Notes under the pieces: model-generated
Databases searched by the model: none
What the model was told of the DNA's origin: nothing
The model's input: only the letters and a program-made list of their open reading frames with translations
From: Lama glama
Taxonomy: Eukaryota
Assembly: GCA_028534125.1 (NCBI GenBank)
Contig: CM052817.1
Coordinates: 102,674,001-102,738,000, forward strand
Direction of reading: 5' to 3'
Length of the DNA: 64,000 bases
Translations under genes and position numbers: made by a program
Shown: positions 13,396 through 26,049 of the stretch, one piece after another
Position numbering within the stretch: position 1 is the first letter of the stretch
Layout: the number at the start of each line of letters is the position of its first letter

Positions 13396-14386
13396 TTTTT
13401 TTTTTTGCTGCAAAGGATAATTTAATGCCCTTTATTCTCATAATCCCCCAGATCCAATAGTTCATGTTACCACCAGAGCTTACCTCTCTTATTCTTCTTA
13501 TGTGTTTCTTTTTTTAAACATTTTTTATTGATTTATAATCATTTTACAATGTTGTGTCAAATTTCAGTGTTCAGCACAATTTTTTCAGTTATACATGAAC
13601 ATATATATATTCACTGTCACTTTTTTTTCTCTGTGAGCTACCATAAGATCTTGTATATATGTCCCTGTGCTATACAGTACAATCTTGTTTATCTATTCTA
13701 CAATTCTGAAATCCCAGTCTATCTCTTCTCACCCCCTGCCCCCTTGGCAACCACAAGTTTATATTCTATGTTTGTGAGTCTATTGCTGTTTGGTATTTAT
13801 GCTTTTTTTTTTCTTTTTAGATTCCACATATAAGCGAGCTCATATGGTGTTTTTCTTTCTCTTTCTGGCTTACTTCACTTAGAATGACATTCTCCAGGAG
13901 CATCCACGTTGCTGCATATGGCGTTATGCTGTCAGTTTTTATGGCTGAGTAGTATTCCATTGTATAAATATATCACCACTTCTTTATCCAGTCATCTGTT
14001 GATGGACATTTAGGCTGTTTCCATGTCTTGGCTACTGTAAATAATGCTGCTATGAACATTGGGGTGCAAGCAAGACATACAAATGATCAATAGGCACATG
14101 AAAAAATGTTCCATATCACTAATTATCAGAGAAATGCAAATCAAAACTACAATGAGGTATCACCTCACACCAGTCAGAATGCCCATCATTCAAAAATCCA
14201 CAAATGACAAATGCTGGAGAGGCTGTGGAGAAAAGGGAAGCCTCCTTCACTGCTGGTGGGAATGCAGTTTGGTGCAGCCACTGTGGAAAACAGTATGGAG
14301 ATTCCTCAAAAGACTAGGAATAGACTTACTGTATGACCCAGGAATCCCGCTTCTGGGCATATATCCAGAAGGAACACTACTTCAGG
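13396..14386 (-). mobile_element. Young L1 with 5' inversion (twin priming) and probable 3' transduction
   Basis: Minus-strand 3' end 13509-14068 and inverted plus-strand ORF2 piece 14069-14386 ([28 protein letters not shown]...). TSD ttgggtgttt at 13386-13395 and 14387-14396. Confidence 0.85.
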
Positions 14387-15163
14387 TTGGGTGTTTGGTT
14401 TAACTTCAAGGGTCTATAACTCCATATGCACACTAAGTGTTGTCTGTTGATTGAATAAATAATGCATTGAGTACACAAATGCACTATCCTATTTCAAATA
14501 CATGAGATTCTGTTTTGATTAATAAAAATTCAGCATGGCATTTAATCATTAGGCATTTTATCAATGAATACATACCAGAAACGTAATTTTATTCTAGTGG
14601 GATCCATAATTTTTAGACCATGTCAAGCAATGTTTATGCAAGAAATGGCTAGAATTCATACTTTCAAAGTTAATATTTTATATCAGGCTCCAACTAACAA
14701 CAGTTCAATTTTAAATAACCTGATTTGGCAGACTTTATCATTAAATAAATAACGAATCAGCTTCAGCCACATTTAACAGCCTATAATAGGCAAGAAAGAT
14801 ACAAACTGGTAAGATATTGAGACCTAGTCCAGAGGATTTCCAGCTTTTGACTGAGCTCATCTTCTTGCACTCAACAAATTTAAAACTCTTTCCTTAAAGT
14901 GTTTCCTCAAAGTGTTTCCTCTTGCTTATATTTACCGTAATATTTAGTAATACTGGCGTTCAACATATAGGTCAGAGAGTGATCTTGAATTCTCCCATCC
15001 TCCACAATATAAATTCTTCCAAGAGTCCATCTGTCTTCATCCCTGCCATATGTGCTTCAGTTTTTGCTTTAATGAGGAGCACTGAAACTCCCTCTTAAAT
15101 GGACCTTTGCTTCCAACCTTGTTTGCCCCAGTCCAATGCATACACCATACTCTGCTAAGATAT

Positions 15164-15563
15164 TGTTAAAGTAACCAGATTAGGCCCAAGATAGGGTCAC
15201 TCATGCTAAGCCCTACATCAGGAAACCAAAACGTAACTAAGTTTTTATATATGACTTTCCCAGAAAAAGAAAAAGGTCCTAGGTCAACCAATCAGTGTTG
15301 GCCTGCTCAGAGCAAGTTACCTGACGCAGCTCCAAGTCTCTCCTTTGCTCCATGTAAAGGAGATAACCCTGCTTTAGCCAAAAAGCAAATGCCCAGTGTA
15401 ATTTCCTCATAACTGCTCTCTTCTTCCTACAAAAGCTCTTGCTTTGTACAGCTTTTGGGAGCTCCTTTCTGTCTGCTGGGTTGGATGCTGCCTGATTCAT
15501 GAATCATGGAATAAAGCCAATAAAATCTTTAAAATGTACTCAGTTGGATTTTGTTCCTTAACA
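15164..15563 (+). mobile_element. Solo ERV LTR (ERV1/MER4-group-like)
   Basis: 400 bp bounded by inverted termini TGTTAA...TTAACA, with flanks atat/atag (4-bp TSD, 1 mismatch). Contains CCAAT and two AATAAA near the 3' end. Confidence 0.8.
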
Positions 15564-16320
15564 ATAGCATATAAAAGTCCATTTTGATCACATCATCTAC
15601 TATTCAAATCTTTCAACTGCTCCCTATTATTTGGAGGATAAAATTTGAATTTGCTTTTTTCTGTCCTGCTTTTTTATTATAACAAGAACATTTAGTATGT
15701 TCTTTTAACAAAATTTTAAGTGGACAATATAGTATTGGTAACTGTAGGCGTGATGTTGTACAGCAGATCTTTAAACTTACTTATCCTGTGAAACTGAAAC
15801 TTTGCAGGAATAGAATAGCAACTCCCCACTTTCCCTTCCCCGCCATTCTACCCTCTGCTTCTATGAGTTTAACTGTATATTAGATGCCTCATTTAAGTGG
15901 AATTATATAGCACTTGTTCTTCAATGACTGACATTTCATTTAGCAAAATGTCTTCTAGGTTCACCATGTTGTTGCATATTGCAGGATTTCCTTCTTTTTT
16001 AAAGCTGAATAATAATTTAGGTTGTTTCTGCATTTTGGCTATTGTGAATAGTGCTGCAATGAACATGATAGTGCAAATATCTCTTTGAGATCCTGATTTC
16101 AAATATTTTGGATAAATACCCAGAAGTGGAATTGCTGGATCCAACAGACTCCATACATACACACACACAAACAATTGTTGGAACTAATAGACATATTCAG
16201 TAAAGCTGCAGAATACAAAATTGACATACAAAAATCAGCTGTGTTTCTGTATGCTAACAATGGATTATGTGAAAAGGAAACTAAGAAAACTCTCTCTTTT
16301 AAAATAACATTACAAAGAAT

Positions 16321-18557
16321 ATAAAATAGCACCCAAAGTAATAAAATATCTAGTAATAAATCTAACCAAGGAGGTAAAAAGGATTATACACAGAAAAGTA
16401 TAAACCATTGATGAGGGAAATTAAAGAAGACTTTAAAAAATGGAAAGATATCCCATGCTCTTGGATTGGAAGAATCAATATTGTTAAAATGGTCACACTG
16501 CCCAAGGCAACCTATAGATTTAATGCAATCCCTATCCAATTACCCAGGACATATTTCACAGAACTAGAACAAATCATAATAAAATTTATGTGGAACCATC
16601 AAAGACCTAGAATTGTCAAAGCATCACTGAAGAGAAAGAAAGAGGCTGGAAGAATAACTCTCCCAGACTTCAGACAATACTATAGAGCTACAGCCATCAA
16701 GACAGCATGGTATTGGTACAAAAACAGACATATAGACCAATGGAACAGAACAGAGAGCCCAGAAATGAACCCACAAACTTTTGGTCAACTCATCTTCAAC
16801 AAAGGAGGCAAGAATATACAATGGAATAAAGACAGCCTCTTCAGCAAATGGTGTTGGGAAAACTGGACAGCAGCATGTAAAACAATGAAGCTAGAACACA
16901 CCCTTACACCATATACAAAAATCAACTCAAAATGNNNNNNNNNNNNNNNNNNNNNNNNNNNNNNNNNNNNNNNNNNNNNNNNNNNNNNNNNNNNNNNNNN
17001 NNNNNNNNNNNNNNNNNNNNNNNNNNNNNNNNNNNNNNNNNNNNNNNNNNNNNNNNNNNNNNNNNNNNNNNNNNNNNNNNNNNNNNNNNNNNNNNNNNNN
17101 NNNNNNNNNNNNNNNNNNNNNNNNNNNNNNNNNNNNNNNNNNNNNNNNNNNNNNNNNNNNNNNNNNNNNNNNNNNNNNNNNNNNNNNNNNNNNNNNNNNN
17201 NNNNNNNNNNNNNNNNNNNNNNNNNNNNNNNNNNNNNNNNNNNNNNNNNNNNNNNNNNNNNNNNNNNNNNNNNNNNNNNNNNNNNNNNNNNNNNNNNNNN
17301 NNNNNNNNNNNNNNNNNNNNNNNNNNNNNNNNNNNNNNNNNNNNNNNNNNNNNNNNNNNNNNNNNNNNNNNNNNNNNNNNNNNNNNNNNNNNNNNNNNNN
17401 NNNNNNNNNNNNNNNNNNNNNNNNNNNNNNNNNNAAATCTTTGCAAATGAAACCGACAAAGGCTTGATCTCCAGAATATATAAGCAGCTCATATGACTTA
17501 ATAAGAAACAACCAAACAACCCAATCCAAAAATGGGCAAAAGACCTGAACAAGCAATTCTCCAAGGAAGATATACGAATGATCAATAGGCACATGAAAAA
17601 ATGCTCAATATCACTAATTATCAGAGAAATGCAAATCAAAACTACAATGAGGTATCACCTCACAACAATCAGAATGCCCATCATTCAAAAATCCACAAGT
17701 GACAAATGCTGGAGAGGCTGCGGAGAAAGGGGAACCCTCCTACACTGCTGGTGGGAATGCAGTTTGATGCAGCCACTTTGGAAAACAGTATGGAGATTCC
17801 TCAAAAGACTAGGAATAGACCTACTGTATGACCCAGGAATCCTGCTCCTGGGCATATATCCAGAAGGAACCCTACTTCAGGATGACACCTGCACCCCAAT
17901 GTTCATAGCAGCACTATTTACAATAGCCAAGATGTGGAAACAGCCTAAATGTCCATCAACAGATGACTGGATAAAGAAGTGGTGGTATATTTATACAATA
18001 GAATACTATTCAGCCATAGAAACCGACAACATAGCACCATTTGCAGCAACATGGATGCTCCTGGAGAAAGTCATTCTAAGTGAAGTAAGCCAGAAAGAGA
18101 AAGAAAAACACCATATGAGATCGCTCATATGTGGAATCTAAAAAACAAAAACAAAAACAAAAAAACAAAGCATAAATACAAATCAGAAATAGACCCATAG
18201 ACATAGAATACAAACTTGTGGTTGCCAAGGGGATGGAGGGTGGGAAGGGATAGAAGGGATTTTAAAATTGTAGACTAGATAAACAAGATTATACTGTATA
18301 TCACAGGGAAATATACACAAGATCTTATGGTAGCTCACAGAGAAAAAAATGTGACAATGAGTGTGTATACGTCCATGAATGACTGAAAAATTGTGCTGAA
18401 CACTGGAATTTGACACAACATTGTAAAATGATTATAAATCAATAAAAATGTTAAAAAAAGAATTAGTTTAAACTTGTTTCAGTGGTTACACATTCCAGAT
18501 GTGTACCTTTATTACTTGCTTATTAATAAATACGGATTTGGAATTAACTGAAAAAAA
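16321..18557 (+). mobile_element. Young 5'-truncated L1 (ORF2 C-terminal part, 3' UTR, poly-A, 3' transduction)
   Basis: ORF2 translation 16408-18141 ([18 protein letters not shown]...HMRSLICGI) with one TGA at 17494. AATAAA at 18441 plus an A tail, then a second AATAAA at 18525 plus an A tail. TSD attacaaagaat at 16309-16320 and 18558-18569. Confidence 0.92.
16935..17434. other. Assembly gap (500 N)
   Basis: Run of exactly 500 N. Confidence 1.
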
Positions 18558-19404
18558 ATTACAAAGAATGAAATACTTAGAAGTAAACTTAATTGAGGAG
18601 GTAAAACAACTGTACACTAAAAACTACAAATAAATAATAAAACAAATTAAAGAAGACACAAATAAATGCAAGCATATCTTATGCTCATGGTTTGTTAAAA
18701 TGCCCATACTACTGAAAGTGTTTGATCTATACATTCAGTGCAGTTCCTATCCAAATCACAATAGCGCTTTTTACAGTAATAGAAAGAACAATTCTAAAAT
18801 TCATATAGAAACACAAAGGACGCCAAACAGCCAAAACAATCTTGAGAAAGAAGAACAAAGCTGGAGACATAACACTTCCTGATTTCAAAATATATTACAA
18901 AGCTACAGTAATTATAACAGTATGGTACTGGCATAAAGACAGACATATAAACCAATGGAACAGAATATAGAGGCCAGAAATAACCCCCTGCATACAAGAT
19001 CAACTGATATTTCACAAGTGTGAAAACACAGAAGAAAACACAGTGGGAAATCTTCATAACATTGGTCTAGACAACAATTTCTTGGATATGACACCCAAAG
19101 CACAGGCAACAAAATAATTTATTTAATATGATATCCATGGCTGTTAATAATCTGATCCCTAAATAAACTTTTAAACAGCATCTTCTGTCCATTTCTTCAC
19201 AATTCTGTAACCATTCCAAATTAGGAGTCATTTTTTAACATGCACCATCTTGATTCATACTTGAGGCAAATGTGGTTGGTTCTGTTCCAACAATTATACT
19301 CCCTACTCCACCTTTCTTACTAGCAGAGTCAACTCTGTTCTGTATTCACCTTCTGGAGATATGTGGTCAGGGGAGGAGACTCTTCCCCACTAAAAAGAAA
19401 TACG

Positions 19405-19700
19405 ATTGATCAGCAAACTGTTTCTGTAAAGGGCCAGATGGTAAGTGTTTTAGGCTTTGTGAGCAAAGAGGGTAATTCAAGGATATTATGCAAGTACTTA
19501 CATAAAAAGAGAAAAAACACATTTTTAAAGTGTTTATTAACGAAACTCTAAGTATAATCATAATAATTGACTACAGTTTCAATACAGATCTATTAATGAA
19601 AGGAATGGAACTTGTTTCTTGGAGGACAGCATTTTGCTTAATTGGGAGTTAAAGTTAGTTTTCCCTATTATCAACTCAATTGCAAATATTAGTTTGTAGA
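19405..19700. mobile_element. MER58-like hAT DNA transposon fragment within an MLT1-like LTR (~19265-20180)
   Basis: cagcaaactgtttctgtaaagggccagatggtaagtgttttaggctttg resembles a MER58 terminus. The flanks show MaLR motifs (ccaagccaatgagagt, tctgttactcacagc). Confidence 0.55.
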
Positions 19701-22700
19701 ATCTCTTACTTCAAGGACCAGATTTAGCCTGAGAACTGATCTAAACAAAACTAATTCTTTTAACCAGAAATTGGTTTAGACATGGGCATATTACCTATCC
19801 CAAGCCAATGAGAGTGAGAAAAGTCTACCTGGTGCTTTTGGGAAAGTGGATCCTCAATTTAAAAAAAAAAGAGAAAAGAAAAAGAAAAAAAAAAAAGAGG
19901 TCCACAGGACAGAATATCCCCTTTCTTTGGTGGACAGGAGGTGTCTGCACGTGACATCTTGAGCTATTACTGCTATCTTTTGAACTTGATAACCTACTGA
20001 AAAGGACAAAATAAAAAGATGGAAAGGATATGGAATATGATGCAATTATTGTGCAGTTGAATTAGCCAACCCTGGGGCCACCCTGCTTCTAAATCTTCCT
20101 GTAGTGTGAAAAGAAGTCATTATTTTTTAGTTCTGTACAATCATATTTTCTGTTACTCACAGCTCAGATCTTTCTAACTGATCCAATACCTCTATTCCTG
20201 GTACTGAAAATGAACTTTCCCCTGTCATTTGAATAAACCCCTATTCTTTCCTTCATAAATGTTTGAATAACACATTGATCTTTTTCATTAGTCTTCACTG
20301 ACCGTTGCTGCTTTCCCCAACCTTAGATGTAGTTGATCACTGTATTGTTGGTGCTCCATAGCACTTGGCACAATAACTCTTTTGTTCTTATATTTCTGTA
20401 TTGTGATTTTTTGTATACATCTCTGCCTGACATCTAACTTTCTTCTTCTTAGACTAAGAATAGCTCTAGTCCAGGAACTTGCTTTTTATTTAATTCCTCA
20501 CACTTAGCATAGAATCCAGCACAAAATATATCCTTGATTAATAAGCTCATGAAATAAGTAAATAAAGGAACGAATCATAGGTAGTACCTACCTTCAAGAT
20601 AAAGCAGTAGTGATGTTAAGATGGACATTTGAATGATGATCTATGAATCACTTCTGATGTTGGAAATGAAAAATGGTGTGTTCTGTTCCTTCGCTGTTTT
20701 TATAAGGTTTCTAGTTAACAGCGTCTGCCTAGATTTCTGGCCATTCTTTTTATAAGATCCAAGAAGCTGATATTATGCCAATGTACTGACAGCTCCAAAG
20801 TTCTTAGCTTTACCAATATCGTCTTTGTCATGATAAGATTCTGCTCTATCTTTCTCACTTTCCTTTCCTAAAATGATGGTATTGAGAAGTTTCTAAGTCT
20901 GGACTGTCATCCTTATTCAGATATTATGCAATAGGACAACCATCTGCCTGTTACTTGCCTTTCTGTGCTTCTCATCTGAGCAGATCATTGCAAGACTTAC
21001 ATGAAGTCCTTAGCAAGATTACCGAGGTATGTTTTGTCTTGCTACAAATTACTCTCGGTTGTGTTTAGCATTACCATGAATGATGTTCTAAAGATAAGCA
21101 ACACTCCCTTGCCGACGCTGAAAGGCGCTTGAGCTCAGTGGGTTAGAATTGGCCGTGGCCACCCTGGGGGAGGGGGTGGGGCACAGCGGCAGCCATTAGA
21201 GGAAATGTACTTGTGAAGTGCACAATCATCTGGATGCATTTGACACATCATTGCCCCAATTTGCTGACCTCTAGTACAGGTTACAAATGAGACCTGCCTC
21301 CACACACTCCCTGAATAATAATTTTTACAAAGCTTTAATAATACACATTGATTTCTTTCAAAAAATAGCATAATTTTCCAGATGATATTGACATTAGAGA
21401 AATATATCATTCTCCACTGCTTCATGATATTAAAAAGTATTCCCACAAAAAGTGATTAAAAGTTTTAATCTCTGTGATTTAAAAAATATTATAATATTCA
21501 CCTCTTCATATTTTACTGTTGGAAAGTCACATATGGAAGGATAATTTCTGTACAGAACTTTTTCTGTTAGCAGCAGAATTCATTCTTCTGCTCAGAAACT
21601 TCCAGTGTTTTCTATTGGTTCAAATATCTCAATTTGGGACTCAAGTGCCTCTAGAAACTAGCCATAACTTCATTTGAGTTAATTTTTCTTAGCTCCCTAT
21701 AGAACCATATATCCAACTATCCACTGTTAATCTTCAGTGGAATGTCCCACAAGCATTTCAGACTCAACATGTACAAAATTTGACTTGCTGCCCCCAGAAT
21801 TCATTCTCCGTTCTATTACCATGTCTCAGTTAATTAAACTCTCTGACCATCCTGTTATCCAAAGGCCCTAAAATAATAGCAGCTTAATTGAGAACCAGGG
21901 ACATCATTAATGTTATTTCATTTGAATCTTAAGACATATCTGTGAATTTTTATTACCCATGTATATATGAGGATTGAGACTTAGCCAGGTTAAGAAATTT
22001 CCCTCACAGCTAGAAAACAGAATGGCTGGGATTTGAATCAGTTTTACCCTCAAGCGTCTGTTCATGATGGCTACGCTGAATTAGAATTCCTGAATCACTG
22101 TTTCCTTCATCCTCACAGAAATCGACCCGTCTCTTCAGTATCTTTTTGTATTGACTCCCCACAAAGGAGTCAGTGACAATGTCAGGGCTGATACGCTAGT
22201 CTGTTGACCTGAACTATGTGTAGAAGAGAGTGTACGTGAACCAGATAGAGGCACAGGGCGAGCTGCTGCCTAAACGCTTTTGATGGTATGTGAGGCAGAA
22301 TTACGTTTCTTAAAATCAAGCATCTGCCTGAAAAGAGCAGATTTTTATGATTATTAGAGCTACAGTCTGACCTAAATCTGGATCCCAACTCAATTGCTTA
22401 TGGAGTCCTTGACAAATAGCTTACTCCTGACCTCCATTTCTTTTTCTGTGAAATAGATCAAATGAAACAATACATGTCAATTACCAAGCACAATAATAGC
22501 TTCAGTAGGTGCATGTAGAAAGCGCTCAATAAACATTTGTGAAATGAAAAAATAAATTGTTTGAGAAACTTCTGTATTCTTAGCAGAAATATATCTTTAT
22601 CTGGGTTAATTTGGGTTGATTTTTTTGTTTGTTTCTTTTAATTTAATAATTCCCAACAATTTGCCTTATTTATCACTATATACTAAGCCACTCTAAGACA

Positions 22701-23949
22701 TAATGGCTTAAATAACAATTTGTTATTATTCTAGCTCATAATTTTTTAGGTCAGAAATTTGAACAGATCACACAAAGTATGGCCCATCTCTGCTCCATAA
22801 TGTCTAGGCCCGCAGTGGGGCTGACACAAAGGCTGGTGGTTGCTGGACAGCTCAGAGCTGTCTCACTAATTGTTCTATTTGTTCCTTTTGTCTTTATGAC
22901 ACTTTCTTGATCTTATTTTGATTAATTGAGTTTTTTATGATTCCATTTTATCTCCATAAGTGATTTATTATAATGTTCTAAAATTTAAAATATGCTTTCT
23001 AAATTAATCAACCTCCCTTTAAACACTACACCACTTCATGTGTAGCATGAAGATTTTGAAGCAGCATATTCTCAATTCTTCTCTCCCATCCTTTGTGCTA
23101 CGGATAACAATTTACTTTACTTTTTGTTGTAAACACAAACTACTTCGCTATTATTTCTGCTTTGGACTGTCTATTATTTGTCAGATTCGTTTAACCCAAG
23201 ACATACAACTTTATTTCATCTTTAGTCTTGTCCAGCCCTCTGCATTTCTTTGTATAGGTCCAAGTTTCTGTTTCATAACATATTTCTTTTCTTTGAAAGT
23301 CTGTATTAGTGTGATCCTCTCCATTCTTCTGCCCCTTTCCCAGCTATGTGGGCCCAGCGTGTATTCCTGCCCCTCCCTGGGAGTGTGGGCTTCCTGTTCC
23401 CTCCCCTCAGTGCTCTAGGGTGAAATTGTTTGTCTCCCTCCTGCAGGCGTGGGTTCCTTATGAGGAGATGGGAACAGGGTCAAGGGCCGCGTCTTGGCCC
23501 TCCTCCACAGGTGCTATTCCCCACCCTCATGGCTGCACTAAACCAACACATTCTTCAGGCTCTCTGAGCTTTTTCTGTGATTACATGGTGGGATTCGTGG
23601 AGAAGATTCAGGAAGAGGGTGTGGACTCCTCCCATTTCTCTAGCTCCCAAGGGTTCATCACTGCCCTGCTGATATGCTGTGGGCCTTCACCAAGGTGTCA
23701 ACTGTTATGGTTGAGTTCTCCCTATTAGTGTCCAGCGGCTTCTAGTAAGTGAGTGCTTGCATCTCCTCTCTCCCTGAGGATGCCTGTCTTTCATTAGAGT
23801 TTGGGCAGTTAGCTGTTTCGCAACCTCAATTCTCTAATAGTTGATAAAAGTCATGAACTTGAAGTTATTTCAGTTTCTTTTTTAATAAAGATGGAAGTGA
23901 TATTTTTTTCTGCACTCTACATTCTGGGGAAGGTTCTAGAAGTCTTTAA

Positions 23950-24097
23950 TGAGATACTTTACTTTCTTTTTTCAAATGACAAACCTTCCAAATTGGTGAG
24001 TATTTTTTACTTACAGCACATCTCAGTTTGGGTTATTCATATTTCAAGTGCACAACAGTCATGTACCATTAGGGCTTCCATATTGGACAACACAGCC
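23950..24097. mobile_element. MER3/MER33-like hAT MITE fragment
   Basis: tttacttacagcacatctcagtttgg...atttcaagtgc...ccatattggacaacacag terminus. Confidence 0.6.
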
Positions 24098-25419
24098 CTG
24101 AACTTACAGCTACAGGATATTGTGCACATAATAGCCATGATGTGTATCTTTTAAAACTAAGTTACTGGACTTTGTCCTGTGAGCAGTGAAAAGTTTATAT
24201 TTTTTTCAAGATTTTTTTATTATTATTCTTAGTATTTTATAAGTGATCATTCAATCTGAGCATAGAAGAAAGCCAAATGTTGTATTATCTTAAATATATA
24301 CCTTACCGTCACTACTTTTTTGTAAACTGGAAGCTATTGAGAGCGTTAATGGTAAGAGTTGAGATGAAAATTTGCTAAGTTTGGTCAACAGAACATCCTG
24401 TGGCACATATTTTGGTACCTCTCTTTAAGCCTAGCTGCGTTGCTATATTGCAGTATTTTTGGAATGATATATAAACATCCTCAGCTTCATCATTCTGAGA
24501 TCCTTATTACTATTCAACACCAAAATAACAATATTTAAATCCACCAGAAGCAAGTTGTAAAATATTATGAATCAACTCATTTGCTTGAATAGCAACACCA
24601 ACCAAAAATCCTTTAACAAATTCATGAGTTTTGATTTATGCCAGATGTATAAATGAGAATTGGAATGCCTAATGTAGAATTTAAATAGAAATGCTGAGGA
24701 AGTCTATAATGGCAGAGACATAAGATGTCTTAACAGCTTATTTTATTAAATTCATTATTTTCCCAGAAAAAGTACATTCTTTCAGACCATTTACTTTTGT
24801 GACATTTGTAACTCTGATCTCAAAACCTATCCAGTTGTAAGAAATCTTTATTCCTTCCACTTCTGGTATCGTACTGTTTCCTGCCTTCGTCTGTTTCACT
24901 ATGAAATACATTCTGATTAGGACAAATTATTTCAGGAAATCAGTTCTAATGTTCTCATTCCCTTTCTCTCCCTCTGCTTGGATATATTCTAAATTCTGCT
25001 GTTCTTGTGGTCAGTAATGGCATTTTTTTTAACATGGATATTTGCAACGATCCTATAAAGACAAAAGCATATATGATCTTTTTCACAAAATAACTATAAA
25101 TGCAATATAGTTGAAAAATTAATAGTTAAATTTTGAGATAGCTGTGAATTGTAGAAAGGCTGAAATAAGTCAACACAACTGGCTGTAAATGTTCACATTA
25201 ATGTTTGTCTATAACATCCCCCCTAGTATTTCAGCTGGAAGGTCAATCGATGTGAATTTACATGAAACGTTTAGATTGCTAGCTTGTGATGATTAGTTAA
25301 CATGATGATGTAGTGTGACTAAGGGTTACCATTTCTTCTGTCTTTTCCTGTGTTTCCTAAGACCACCATACATAAATGTGCACGACTAAACTTTATTGGT
25401 TATGATTTCTTATAGTTTT

Positions 25420-26030
25420 GGCAGAATGGTGCAGGTCTGTTGGAGTTGGTTTAAAGAGAGACTAATAGGGGAAATAGAGGAAAAAAATACCAATAACTCT
25501 TGAGAAATTTTGTTTAAAACCAAGCTCACCCTCCCCGTTTCCGGAAATCAATGGAGCATTAGCTATGGGGAAAAAATGAAGTCAAGAGTTTTTTCAAAAA
25601 AGAAGAGATAAAAGGGCATCTTAGCACACTAATGAGAATGATCCAGGAGAGAGAGAGAGCACAGGAAGAGGAGAATTACTGAAGAAGTTGAGAGTAGACG
25701 GGATGAGGTGAACATGTGGACAGACTAGCTTGAGATAGAGCTTGGAGAGCACAACCAGGCTGAAAGTGGGAGGACGGAAGATGTGAGTGCAGATGCTGGT
25801 AGGTGAGTAGGTGTGTGCAGTTTGGGGAGTTAGGACTTGTCCTCTGATTGCTTCCATTTCTCAGTGACTCAGAAAAAAGGTCATCAGCTGAGAGTGAGGA
25901 TGGGGGAGACAGATGTAGGCAGTTGACAATAAAGGAGAAGTCATGAAATAGACATCTAGAAAGGAAGGAGAGTGAACGGACAAGGGATGGTTTGTAGTAT
26001 TACAGGTCCTTAGCAATAAAGCCCATATCG
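25420..26030 (-). mobile_element. L2 fragment
   Basis: ctgattgcttccatttctcagtg...aaggtcatcagctgagagtgagg, a typical antisense L2 motif. Confidence 0.6.
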
Positions 26031-26049
26031 AATTTAACTTCAAACCATG

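Larger units (their letters stand above)
15652..19115. mobile_element. Older L1 with inverted structure (minus 3' end ~15670-16141; plus ORF2 16170-16320 and 18570-19115), host to a younger L1
   Basis: ORF 15893-16174 (-) [14 protein letters not shown]...[14 protein letters not shown]. The plus-strand ORF2 remnant continues across the younger insert. L2-like sequence resumes on both outer sides. Confidence 0.7.

Noticed and set aside
16785..17639. ORFs spanning the first N gap
   Set aside because: Their length is an artefact of the N run. Only the plus-strand L1 ORF2 frame is meaningful.
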